Assembly (NCBI GenBank): GCA_963701185.1
Contig: OY969569.1
Location: 245,735 to 309,734 of the forward strand
Source: Candidatus Gottesmanbacteria bacterium
Lineage (GTDB): Bacteria > Patescibacteriota > Microgenomatia > UBA10105 > UBA927
Direction: 5' to 3'
Length of the DNA stretch: 64,000 nucleotides
A program made the translations under genes and the position numbers. Of this stretch, positions 18,000-26,279 are shown piece after piece. How positions within the stretch are numbered: the stretch's first letter is position 1; each line of letters opens with the position of its first letter. The notes under the pieces are model-generated. The model did no database searches. It was not told the origin of the DNA and saw only the letters and a program-made list of their open reading frames with translations.

Positions 18000-18692
18000 T
18001 TAATTTGCCGGCCAATTTTTCTCACCTGTCGCTACGAAGGAAACACAATCTCCTTGGTTTTTAAATACACCAAAATCTTCCCATCCTTCTTTTTTACACT
18101 CATCTTTATTTCCTGGAAGCGCTTCGGTTACGACCACGTTATCTAATACTGGTCCAAAGGCGCCAACAATCTGACTTGCGAACGTTATTGTTGTGCTCGT
18201 TCCTGTAGCTACGAATGAGTAAGTCAAACCTTGTTTCCACTTCATTGGCGATGGATAGTTATTACCTTCAATGGAAGTATCATAACTATAATCTTGGTGA
18301 TTTACCCCATCACTTACTCTAACTACTTTCGGGTTCGGGCTCCAATATGGGTCTGGAGCTGGTAAGTTGCCTGGATTTCCTGATAAATCGAAAGTCACTT
18401 TGTAAGTAGCTCCGGGCACTGTCGTAATAGTTTGACTGATTGATCCCGGTGTAAAACCATTTAAATCAATACTTCTGCTATCATCTGACGCTTCCCAAAG
18501 ACCGCCAATATAATCTACGCTATCCGAATTCACGGTCCAACCGATTATATCCGTAGCCCCTGAATAAAGAGTTATAAAGGTTGATCCAGGATTGGTTCCA
18601 GTTTCAAAACTACCATTAGAAATTAACGATGCTGCATAAACTGTTGTTGCGGACAATAAAAACAGTGCAGTTCCTAAAATTATTTTTTTCAT
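18000..18692 (-). CDS. Secreted choice-of-anchor C / DUF642-like protein with C-terminal Cys-pair motif
   Basis: ISNGSFETG..GWTV..SVDYIG..W..SIDLNG..GPVLDNV; C-terminal DECKKEGWEDFGVFKNQGDCVSFV. Confidence 0.8.
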   Translation of the reverse strand: MKKIILGTALFLLSATTVYAASLISNGSFETGTNPGSTFITLYSGATDIIGWTVNSDSVDYIGGLWEASDDSRSIDLNGFTPGSISQTITTVPGATYKVTFDLSGNPGNLPAPDPYWSPNPKVVRVSDGVNHQDYSYDTSIEGNNYPSPMKWKQGLTYSFVATGTSTTITFASQIVGAFGPVLDNVVVTEALPGNKDECKKEGWEDFGVFKNQGDCVSFVATGEKNWPAN

Positions 18693-18723
18693 TTTTCACC
18701 TCCTCTCTTTTTTTAATTTGCAC

Positions 18724-18748
18724 AAAAAATCCCGTCACGTGACGGGAT
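18724..18748 (-). terminator. Intrinsic terminator in the 5' leader of the secreted-protein array
   Basis: Minus strand ATCCCGTC-ACGT-GACGGGAT followed by a U-run. Confidence 0.75.
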
Positions 18749-18788
18749 ATAATGAGAAACGACTGAGAAATGACACTGCAAATGTCAT
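18735..18788 (-). CDS. Putative 17-aa leaderless leader peptide MTFAVSFLSRFSLYPVT
   Basis: ATG 6 nt below the -10 box; TGA inside the terminator hairpin. Confidence 0.45.
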   Translation of the reverse strand: MTFAVSFLSRFSLYPVT

Positions 18789-18794
18789 GGGCCC

Positions 18795-18823
18795 ATAATT
18801 GCAGATATCGGCTGGAATGTCAA
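18795..18823 (-). promoter_or_regulatory. sigma70-type promoter for the array
   Basis: Minus strand TTGACA-17-AATTAT with a TGn extension. Confidence 0.6.
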
Positions 18824-18867
18824 CATATCAATAATAGCGCTTCTGCTGATATAATAAAGAAATCAGT

Positions 18868-21690
18868 ATGGCAAAGACGCAGACATTCAAACCGGTGACG
18901 GCAGGAGTGAATTTTCCCGAGCTCGAAGAGCGGGTGATCACATACTGGAAAGAGAATAAGATTTTTGAGAAATCCGTCGAGAGCAGGCCTGCGGATAAAA
19001 CATGGACGTTTCTGGACGGCCCGCCGTTTATTACCGGTCTCCCGCACTACGGAACATTACTTTCCAGCATCCCCAAAGATTTATTCCCGAGATATTGGAC
19101 GATGAAAGGGTACCGCGTGCGGCGCGTGTGGGGATGGGATTGCCATGGATTACCGGCGGAAAACAAAGTGGAAACCAAACTGCATCTCAAACGGAAAAAA
19201 GATATTGAGAGCGGGATCGGCGTCCAGAAATTCATTGACGAGTGCAAAACCTACGTTTCGGAAGTTTCCGGCGAATGGGAATGGTACGTTCTGCATATCG
19301 GCCGGTGGGTGGATTTCAAAAATGCCTATAAGACGATGGATACCGATTACATGGAGACAGTGATGTGGGTATTCAAACAGATGTTTGAGAAGAAATTAAT
19401 TTATAAGGGCCTGCGCGTGTCTCTCTACTGCCCGCACGACGTGACACCGATTTCCAATTTTGAAGTGGCGATGGACCCGGATAATTACAAGGAAATTACC
19501 GAGCCGGCGGCGGTCTTCATGTACCAGTCGGAAGAAGCGAAGGATACCTACTATCTTGCGTGGAGTACGACGCCGTGGAATAAAATCGCCACGCCCGCCC
19601 TTGCTGTTAACCCAAAACTGCAATACGTGAAAGTCCAGCAGGGGAATGAAAAATATATTTTAGCTAAATCGACCCTCAGGATGCTCTCCGATAAGCCGTA
19701 TAAAATTCTTGAGGAGTTTGCGGGGCGTACGCTGGTCGGCAAAAGATTTGAGCCGCACTACAACTTTTATACAATCGACGAAGGCAAAAAAGCATTCGTC
19801 ATTATCCCCGGAGATTTCGTGACCGCCGACGAGGGGACGGGGATCGTCACGATTGCCGCTTACGGCGAGGAAGATCTTGCGGTCATGCAAAAAGAGAATA
19901 TTCAAATTGTCCAGCATGTGGACGAAGAAGGCATCATAAAACCGGAGGTCCCCAAGTGGGCCGGGAAATATTATCTTGATGTGGATCCTCTTGTGATTGA
20001 AGATTTAAAGAAACGGGGGCTCATCTACCGCGTGGACGAATATACCCATCCGGTACCGACGTGCTGGCGCTGCCACACGCGCCTCATGTACGCGCCGCAG
20101 AACGCGTGGTACGTTCGGGTGCAGTCCTTAAAGGCAAAAATGAAGGCGACCAATGAGAAGGTGAACTGGGTTCCCGCGCACTTCAAGTACGGCAGATATC
20201 TCAAGAGTTTGGAGAACGCGCCGGACTGGTGCATCTCACGCAGCCGCTACTGGGGTTCGCCGGTTCCGGTGTGGGAATGCAAAAACGGGCATCTGTTCGT
20301 GCCGGGATCTATGAAAGAATTAGAGGAAGCGTCCGGTATGAAGATCACGGATTTGCATAAACCCGGCATCGACGCAGTAACAGTAACCTGCAAAGAGTGC
20401 AAAGAAAAAGCAATCCGCGTGTCAGAGGTGTTGGACAGCTGGATAGAAGCAGGCAGCGCTCTGTTTGCCGAACGGCACTTCCCCTTTAACAAAGACGTAA
20501 AACTTGAAGCATTCTTCCCTCCGGATTTCATCGTCGAGTATACCGGCCAGATCCGTGCGTGGTTTTACGTCCTGCATGTCATAGCCTGCGCCCTCTATGA
20601 TTCGCACGCATTTAAAAACGTCCTGGTGACCGGCGTTATTTTGGGTACGGACGGCAGGAAAATGAGCAAGAACTACAGTAATTATCCGGATCCTAAAGAA
20701 ACGCTTCTTACATACGGCGGGGATGCGCTGCGGCTGTATTTATTGGGGAGCCCGGTCATGCACGGAGAGGATATCCGCATTTCGGAACTTGAGTATAGGA
20801 ACCAGGTGAGGGGCATGCTCTTGCTTTTATGGAATGTGTATAACTTTTTCGTGACGTACGCCGCGATTGATACATGGACGCCGGAAAAATCGCCGGATAG
20901 TAAAAATGTACTGGACCGATGGATCGTTTCGAGATTAAACAGCACGATTGCCGATATCACCGAAAAAGGGTATGAGACATATGATACGCCGGTTATCGTG
21001 TCCGTCGCGTGGGCATTCATGCAGGACTTGTCTTTATGGTACGTGCGAAGGATCCGCGACCGCGTTGGGCCGACTGTCCCGGCGGGAAAAGATAAAAACG
21101 ATGCCTATCAGACATTGTGGCAGGTTCTTACCACGTATACAAAAATCCTTGCGCCGCTTATTCCGTTTGTGACGGAGGAAATATATCGGAATCTTACCGG
21201 AGAAGAGTCTGTACATTTGACTCTCTGGCCGGAGTCAGGGAGTGTGGATGCCGCATTGGAAAAAGAAATGAATCTTGCCCGCCAGGTTGTTGAAAAAGCG
21301 CACGCCATACGTAAAGCTGAAAAACTGAAAGTACGCCAGCCGCTGGCGCTTCTGACCGCGGTTACTCCCGTGGGGTTGTCGGAGGATGTCCGGCGTGTTA
21401 TTGCAGAAGAGGTCAATGTAAAGAAGGTAACCAATACGGTCGGGGAGTTGAAAGTGACATTAGATCTGGAATTGACTGATCAGCTGAAAAATGAAGGCGC
21501 CGCGCGGGAGCTCGTCCGCGACATTCAGAAGATGAGAAAAGAAAAAGGTTGTACAATAGATGCGCATATCACGCTGGTGTTGCCTGGCGACGATCAATCG
21601 CTATCGAAAGACCTTTTGGCATATATACAAAAAGAAACACTTGCGGATACCATTACATGGGGCGACGCACTCACCATATCGACTGGATAG
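18868..21690 (+). CDS. ileS: Isoleucyl-tRNA synthetase, type 2
   Basis: DGPPF, GWDCHGLP, DWCISRSRYWG, KMSKN, KVRQPL, EEVNVK. Confidence 0.95.
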   Translation: MAKTQTFKPVTAGVNFPELEERVITYWKENKIFEKSVESRPADKTWTFLDGPPFITGLPHYGTLLSSIPKDLFPRYWTMKGYRVRRVWGWDCHGLPAENKVETKLHLKRKKDIESGIGVQKFIDECKTYVSEVSGEWEWYVLHIGRWVDFKNAYKTMDTDYMETVMWVFKQMFEKKLIYKGLRVSLYCPHDVTPISNFEVAMDPDNYKEITEPAAVFMYQSEEAKDTYYLAWSTTPWNKIATPALAVNPKLQYVKVQQGNEKYILAKSTLRMLSDKPYKILEEFAGRTLVGKRFEPHYNFYTIDEGKKAFVIIPGDFVTADEGTGIVTIAAYGEEDLAVMQKENIQIVQHVDEEGIIKPEVPKWAGKYYLDVDPLVIEDLKKRGLIYRVDEYTHPVPTCWRCHTRLMYAPQNAWYVRVQSLKAKMKATNEKVNWVPAHFKYGRYLKSLENAPDWCISRSRYWGSPVPVWECKNGHLFVPGSMKELEEASGMKITDLHKPGIDAVTVTCKECKEKAIRVSEVLDSWIEAGSALFAERHFPFNKDVKLEAFFPPDFIVEYTGQIRAWFYVLHVIACALYDSHAFKNVLVTGVILGTDGRKMSKNYSNYPDPKETLLTYGGDALRLYLLGSPVMHGEDIRISELEYRNQVRGMLLLLWNVYNFFVTYAAIDTWTPEKSPDSKNVLDRWIVSRLNSTIADITEKGYETYDTPVIVSVAWAFMQDLSLWYVRRIRDRVGPTVPAGKDKNDAYQTLWQVLTTYTKILAPLIPFVTEEIYRNLTGEESVHLTLWPESGSVDAALEKEMNLARQVVEKAHAIRKAEKLKVRQPLALLTAVTPVGLSEDVRRVIAEEVNVKKVTNTVGELKVTLDLELTDQLKNEGAARELVRDIQKMRKEKGCTIDAHITLVLPGDDQSLSKDLLAYIQKETLADTITWGDALTISTG

Positions 21691-22718
21691 CGGCACTTGT
21701 TCTGCTGTGTATCGGGTCGTTCGGGCTATTCATTCTCCTCACCATCGGCAAAGGATATTTCGTGCCCCAGTTTCTGTTTCTCATTCTGGGATTTGCACTC
21801 CTGTTTGCCATATCTTTCATTGATGCGGCCATTCTGTGGTGGTTTGCACCGATTGGGTATGTCCTCGGGAACATATTTTTGGCGATGTCATACCTTGGAC
21901 CCCATATCCGGGGCGCAACACGATGGATCGTCATTTTCGGCGCCCAGATTCAGCCGTCGGAGTTTGTGAAACCGTTTCTCCTTTTGGCTTTTGCCCATTT
22001 CATGACCACATATACGCCCAGAACCCTGCGGAATATCCCGATACTTTTTGGTTTGTTTATCGTGCCGTTTTTGCTGGTCCTTCGCCAGCCGGATTTGGGC
22101 ACCAGCCTCGTGTATGCAGGGTTCTGGAGCTCGATGCTGCTTGCCGCCGGTCTACCGGTCTGGTTTTTTGCCGGATCCGCGGTTGTCCTGGGCATCTTGC
22201 TTCCGTTTATCTGGTCCCATCTTGCCCCATACCAGCAATCGCGCGTGGAAACGTTTCTTAACCCGTCTCTGGACCCCAAAGGCGCCGGATACAATGCCCT
22301 GCAGGCAATGATTGCCGTGGGTTCAGGTCAATGGTGGGGCCGGGGGCTTGGGCGAGGCACACAGTCACACCTGCGGTTTTTGCCGGAATACCATACGGAT
22401 TTCATTTTCGCAACGCTAGTTGAGGAATTGGGTTTTTTGGGCGGAACACTGCTTTTGGCAGGCTACGCGTTCCTTCTGTACCGGATTATTGCGCCTCTTA
22501 TCAAGGGTATACTGACGGATACCCGCGTATTTATCTATTCATTCGGGCTGTTTGCTATGCTCCTGTCCCAGATATTCATTAATGTCGGCATGAATATGGG
22601 GCTTATTCCGATTACCGGCATCACCCTGCCGTTCGTGTCCTACGGCGGCAGTTCCATCCTGTCGACCGCCGTCGCGTTTGGCCTGCTTTGGGCGATTGCA
22701 AAGGGCACAAATTATTGA
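21657..22718 (+). CDS. rodA: SEDS protein RodA
   Basis: QPSEFVK, QPDLGT, FLPEYHTDFIF, PITGITLPFVSYGGSS. Confidence 0.9.
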   Translation: MGRRTHHIDWIAALVLLCIGSFGLFILLTIGKGYFVPQFLFLILGFALLFAISFIDAAILWWFAPIGYVLGNIFLAMSYLGPHIRGATRWIVIFGAQIQPSEFVKPFLLLAFAHFMTTYTPRTLRNIPILFGLFIVPFLLVLRQPDLGTSLVYAGFWSSMLLAAGLPVWFFAGSAVVLGILLPFIWSHLAPYQQSRVETFLNPSLDPKGAGYNALQAMIAVGSGQWWGRGLGRGTQSHLRFLPEYHTDFIFATLVEELGFLGGTLLLAGYAFLLYRIIAPLIKGILTDTRVFIYSFGLFAMLLSQIFINVGMNMGLIPITGITLPFVSYGGSSILSTAVAFGLLWAIAKGTNY

Positions 22719-22732
22719 TACAATACGAATCT

Positions 22733-23041
22733 ATGTTCGCTGTTGTTGAGATCGCAGGAAAACAATATCGCGTGAGTGAAAAGGATGTTATTGACGTTTC
22801 CTATATTGAGGAAAAAGAGGGAACAACCTTGACGTTTGACCGTGTCCTTTTGGTGTCTGACGGTAAAAAGAACAAGATCGGAACTCCGACGGTGAAGGGA
22901 ACCACCGTAAAAGCGAAAATCGTGGCGCAGGCAAAGGGAGAAAAACTCAATGTCCGCAGGTATAAGCAGAAAGTCCGCTACCGCAAATCCACAGGCTTCC
23001 GCCCATTGGTCACGAAATTGGAAATACTCTCCATCGGATAA
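22733..23041 (+). CDS. rplU: 50S ribosomal protein L21
   Basis: MFAVVEIAGKQYRV, IGTPTV, GFRP. Confidence 0.95.
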   Translation: MFAVVEIAGKQYRVSEKDVIDVSYIEEKEGTTLTFDRVLLVSDGKKNKIGTPTVKGTTVKAKIVAQAKGEKLNVRRYKQKVRYRKSTGFRPLVTKLEILSIG

Positions 23042-23045
23042 AAGC

Positions 23046-24152
23046 ATGACATCCTATTTATTTATCCTCGGGCGCACTCCCGACCTAGCCTTTTTGGAAC
23101 TGAAGACGTTTCTTCCCGACGTGACGCGTATTGCCGAAGGCGCGGCCAAAAGCGCGAATACAATACCGATACACAAGCTCGGCGGCACGGTAAAGATCGC
23201 CGAAATTATTGGTTCTGTTGACTCGTTAACGCCCGAAAGTCTTGCTCCGTTTGTTGACAGTAATACATTTGGTCTGAGTTTCCTGGCGGATACCCATCCG
23301 TCTGCAAGGACTCTCCTTGAAGGAATCAAAACACTATTGGCCGCAGATGGACGGCATGTGCGGTTTGTTGAGCCGCGCTCAGGAAGCGAGCTGTCCAGTG
23401 TGGTTATCCAAAAACAGCATGTGCAGGAGTATGTGATCGTCAAAAGACAAGAGGAATATGTCGTGGGAAAAACAATAGAAGTTCAGCCGTTTGAAGAGTG
23501 GAACGAGCGGGATTACGGCAGGCCGCACGCGGACCCCAAAGCAGGCATGCTGCCGCCCAAGGTATCGCGCATGGTCGTCAATATTGCAGATCGTTCCCGC
23601 GATGCCGCGCGTACATTGGCCCAAAAAACGCTCCTTGATCCGTTCTGCGGCATGGGAACGGTACTTTCCGAGGCTCTTGTTATGGGGTGGAACGTTGTCG
23701 GCGGTGATCAGTCCGTTCCGGTTATTGAAAAAGCACGGAAGAACCTGCAGTGGCTGATTCAAAAATATCCCGATCTGGGCGTCACATACAGGCTGAACGT
23801 GGCGGATGCCGTGCACATTTCCGGTGTGGTGGACGCAGGCTCTGTTGACGCGATTGTGACGGAGCCCTTCATGGGCCCGACAAAAGTAAAAGACGTGAAA
23901 AATACCATAAAAGGCCTGGAGAAACTGTATATCGGCTGTTTACGGGATTGGCACCTTGTCCTTAAGCCTCGCGGCCTGGTTATGATGGCTCTTCCGAGGT
24001 ACGAGACAGGAGGAAAAACCTACTTCGTGAAAAAAGTTATTGACATGTGTGAAACGCTTGGGTATACTATCGAAGAAGGACCCATAGAATACAGTCGACC
24101 GGGTGCAATTGTTAAACGAATGTTTTATCTTTTTCAGAAAATTAAAAATTAA
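23046..24152 (+). CDS. Trm11-like SAM-dependent amino-methyltransferase
   Basis: GMLPPKVSRMVVN, LLDPFCGMGT, IVTEPFMGP. Confidence 0.7.
   Translation: MTSYLFILGRTPDLAFLELKTFLPDVTRIAEGAAKSANTIPIHKLGGTVKIAEIIGSVDSLTPESLAPFVDSNTFGLSFLADTHPSARTLLEGIKTLLAADGRHVRFVEPRSGSELSSVVIQKQHVQEYVIVKRQEEYVVGKTIEVQPFEEWNERDYGRPHADPKAGMLPPKVSRMVVNIADRSRDAARTLAQKTLLDPFCGMGTVLSEALVMGWNVVGGDQSVPVIEKARKNLQWLIQKYPDLGVTYRLNVADAVHISGVVDAGSVDAIVTEPFMGPTKVKDVKNTIKGLEKLYIGCLRDWHLVLKPRGLVMMALPRYETGGKTYFVKKVIDMCETLGYTIEEGPIEYSRPGAIVKRMFYLFQKIKN
24040..24068 (+). promoter_or_regulatory. Internal near-consensus promoter, probably for rpmA-parB
   Basis: TTGACA-17-TATACT inside the 3' end of the MTase gene. Confidence 0.6.
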
Positions 24153-24172
24153 AAATTTTAAATTAAAAATTG
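24138..24172. repeat. Five-unit heptamer tandem repeat (AAAATTA)
   Basis: aaaatta aaaatta aaaattt taaatta aaaattg. Confidence 0.75.
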
Positions 24173-24179
24173 AGGTAGT

Positions 24180-24437
24180 ATGGCCCACGTAAAAGCAGGC
24201 GGGACAGCCGCAGGAAACAAAGATTCAGTCTCCAAACGTCTTGGCGTTAAGGTCTATGGCGGCCAGATGGCCCAACCGGGGAGTATTATCGTGCGGCAAA
24301 AAGGAACGAAAGTCTATCCCGGGATCGGTGTCCGTTTAGGAAAAGATTTTACTATCTATGCGATCGCCAAGGGCTTCGTCACTTTTTCACAAAAGTTGGG
24401 GAAAAAAGTAGTTTCGGTTCTGCCTACCCAAACATAA
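24180..24437 (+). CDS. rpmA: 50S ribosomal protein L27
   Basis: MAHVKAGG, KDSVSKRLGVK, IIVRQKGT. Confidence 0.97.
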   Translation: MAHVKAGGTAAGNKDSVSKRLGVKVYGGQMAQPGSIIVRQKGTKVYPGIGVRLGKDFTIYAIAKGFVTFSQKLGKKVVSVLPTQT

Positions 24438-24440
24438 GCC

Positions 24441-25250
24441 ATGGCTGATACACAACAGGTTTTGCATCTGGATATTGATGTCATACAAGCCAACCCTCTG
24501 CAGCCCCGCGGGCTCATTTCTCCTGAATCGCTGACCGACTTGGTAAATTCCATCAAAGAACACGGCATCATAGAACCGTTGGTCGTTGCCAAAACACCGG
24601 CGGGGTATCAGATTATCGCCGGAGAACGGCGGTGGCGGGCATCCAAACAGGCAGGCCTGTCTACCGTGCCTGTCATCGTCCGCGAGACAACCGCCCGCGG
24701 CATGCTTGAGATGGCGATCGTGGAAAATGTCCAGCGGGAAGATTTAAACCCCATTGAACGTGCGCAGGCATTCCAGCGGCTCATAGAAGAGTTCGGTCTT
24801 CCGGTTTCCGAGATTGCCAAGCGTGTGGGAAAGAGCGAATCATATGTTTCCAACACCATGCGGTTGATGGCCCTTCCTGATGCCATAAAAGACGGTCTTA
24901 TCTCCGGAGCAATTACCGAAGGTCACGCCAGGGCCATCGCGGGTTTGGGTGAAGTAAAACTCATGGTCGAGGCATACAAGACGATTTTGTCGGAGAGCGC
25001 GTCAGTGCGAAGGGCGGAAGATTTAGCGCGAAGGCTTAAAGCGTCGATTGATAAAAAACCCCTTCATCGGGTGGAGCGCATCCACAGCGATGAACTGGAT
25101 GCCATGGCTAAAGATTTAGCCCAGTCAGTCAACGGGTTGGTAAAAATTACGCAGTCGAAAGTAGAAGCACGGCTGGTATTTGTCATCCGCGGAAATCTGG
25201 AGACCACGAGTAAAATCCTCAAGACAATCCACGAACACCTTAAGTTGTAA
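24441..25250 (+). CDS. parB: ParB/Spo0J partition protein
   Basis: NPLQPR, IIAGERRWRA, ENVQREDL, HTH. Confidence 0.95.
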   Translation: MADTQQVLHLDIDVIQANPLQPRGLISPESLTDLVNSIKEHGIIEPLVVAKTPAGYQIIAGERRWRASKQAGLSTVPVIVRETTARGMLEMAIVENVQREDLNPIERAQAFQRLIEEFGLPVSEIAKRVGKSESYVSNTMRLMALPDAIKDGLISGAITEGHARAIAGLGEVKLMVEAYKTILSESASVRRAEDLARRLKASIDKKPLHRVERIHSDELDAMAKDLAQSVNGLVKITQSKVEARLVFVIRGNLETTSKILKTIHEHLKL

Positions 25251-25812
25251 GGAGACCGTACGCCGGACGATTAATTGGTCCCATCTGCGAGAATGGAAAA
25301 TAGCGGAAAATTGCAACGCCGATAAAATCCTCTTTGGCAACGGGTCCGAATTCCCGTGAATCGGAACTGTGCGGGCGGTTGTCCCCTGCGACAAAATATG
25401 TTCCCGGCGGAACGACGATAGATTTTCCTTCGGAGAGATATGATCCGCCGAAAATTGTTGTCCCCTGCGCCAAATACGGTTCATCTATCTTTTTTTCGTT
25501 GACCCAGAAGGCATTATCCCGGAGTGTAACTATGTCGCCGGGCAGGCCTATCACCCGTTTGATGTAATCGATTTCCTTGTTTGCCGGGGATTTGAATATG
25601 ACAACGTCGCCGCGGATGGGATCCCGGAATTTATACAGAATTTTATTGGTCAGGATATATTCACCGTTATGGAAATTCGGTTCCATGGATGCGCCGTTTA
25701 TTTCCTGCGGCGACATGATAAAGAGATACACCATGACCAAAAGTGCCAAAACAACGACAATACCCTGTACAAAATCAAAAAAAGCGGCTATCGCGCGTTT
25801 AATTCCATCCAT
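25240..25812 (-). CDS. lepB: Signal peptidase I
   Basis: GASMEPN, YIKRVIGLPGD, GDNRPHSSDSR. Confidence 0.95.
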   Translation of the reverse strand: MDGIKRAIAAFFDFVQGIVVVLALLVMVYLFIMSPQEINGASMEPNFHNGEYILTNKILYKFRDPIRGDVVIFKSPANKEIDYIKRVIGLPGDIVTLRDNAFWVNEKKIDEPYLAQGTTIFGGSYLSEGKSIVVPPGTYFVAGDNRPHSSDSREFGPVAKEDFIGVAIFRYFPFSQMGPINRPAYGLLTT

Positions 25813-25858
25813 ACATAAAGTTTACGTGATATAATAAGAAGCGTCAAGGAAGGAAAAT

Positions 25859-25931
25859 GGGCGGTTAGCTCAGCTGGTAGAGCGTTTCATTGACATTGAA
25901 AAGGTCATAGGTTCAAGTCCTATACCGCCCA
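25859..25931 (+). tRNA. tRNA-Val(GAC), CCA not encoded
   Basis: Cloverleaf GGGCGGT..TTTCA-TTGACAT-TGAAA..TTCAAGT..ACCGCCCA. Confidence 0.95.
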
Positions 25932-25935
25932 CTGT

Positions 25936-26274
25936 ATGTGGAAGATTATTATTTGGCCATTATTCATTTTTGTACTGCACGGATATATTATTTACCTTTT
26001 TAAATTTCACTATCCGTCCGGACTTGGGCTTGAGCTTGCAGGCGCAGGTATCTTCGAAATTCTTCTTATTATGTCTCTCCTTTGTTATCTAGGTTTAATC
26101 GCACTGTACGTTCTAGTCCAAACATTTCGTAAAAAGGATATTACATTATGGTTTTGCATCTTTGTAGGCATACTATCCGTGCCAGTGAGTCTGTTTATGA
26201 CTCGATATATCACGTTATTGCGTATTGCAGATTACATTTTCAATTCGGATTGGTGGTGGCTGGGATTAATATAG
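25936..26274 (+). CDS. Small 3-TM membrane protein
   Basis: AT-rich hydrophobic ORF directly after the tRNA. Confidence 0.55.
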   Translation: MWKIIIWPLFIFVLHGYIIYLFKFHYPSGLGLELAGAGIFEILLIMSLLCYLGLIALYVLVQTFRKKDITLWFCIFVGILSVPVSLFMTRYITLLRIADYIFNSDWWWLGLI

Positions 26275-26279
26275 AGGTG

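Noticed and set aside
18693-18867. T-box riboswitch for ileS
   Set aside because: Too short, no T-box consensus; the terminator U-run is on the opposite strand; ileS has TATAAT 12 nt before its ATG
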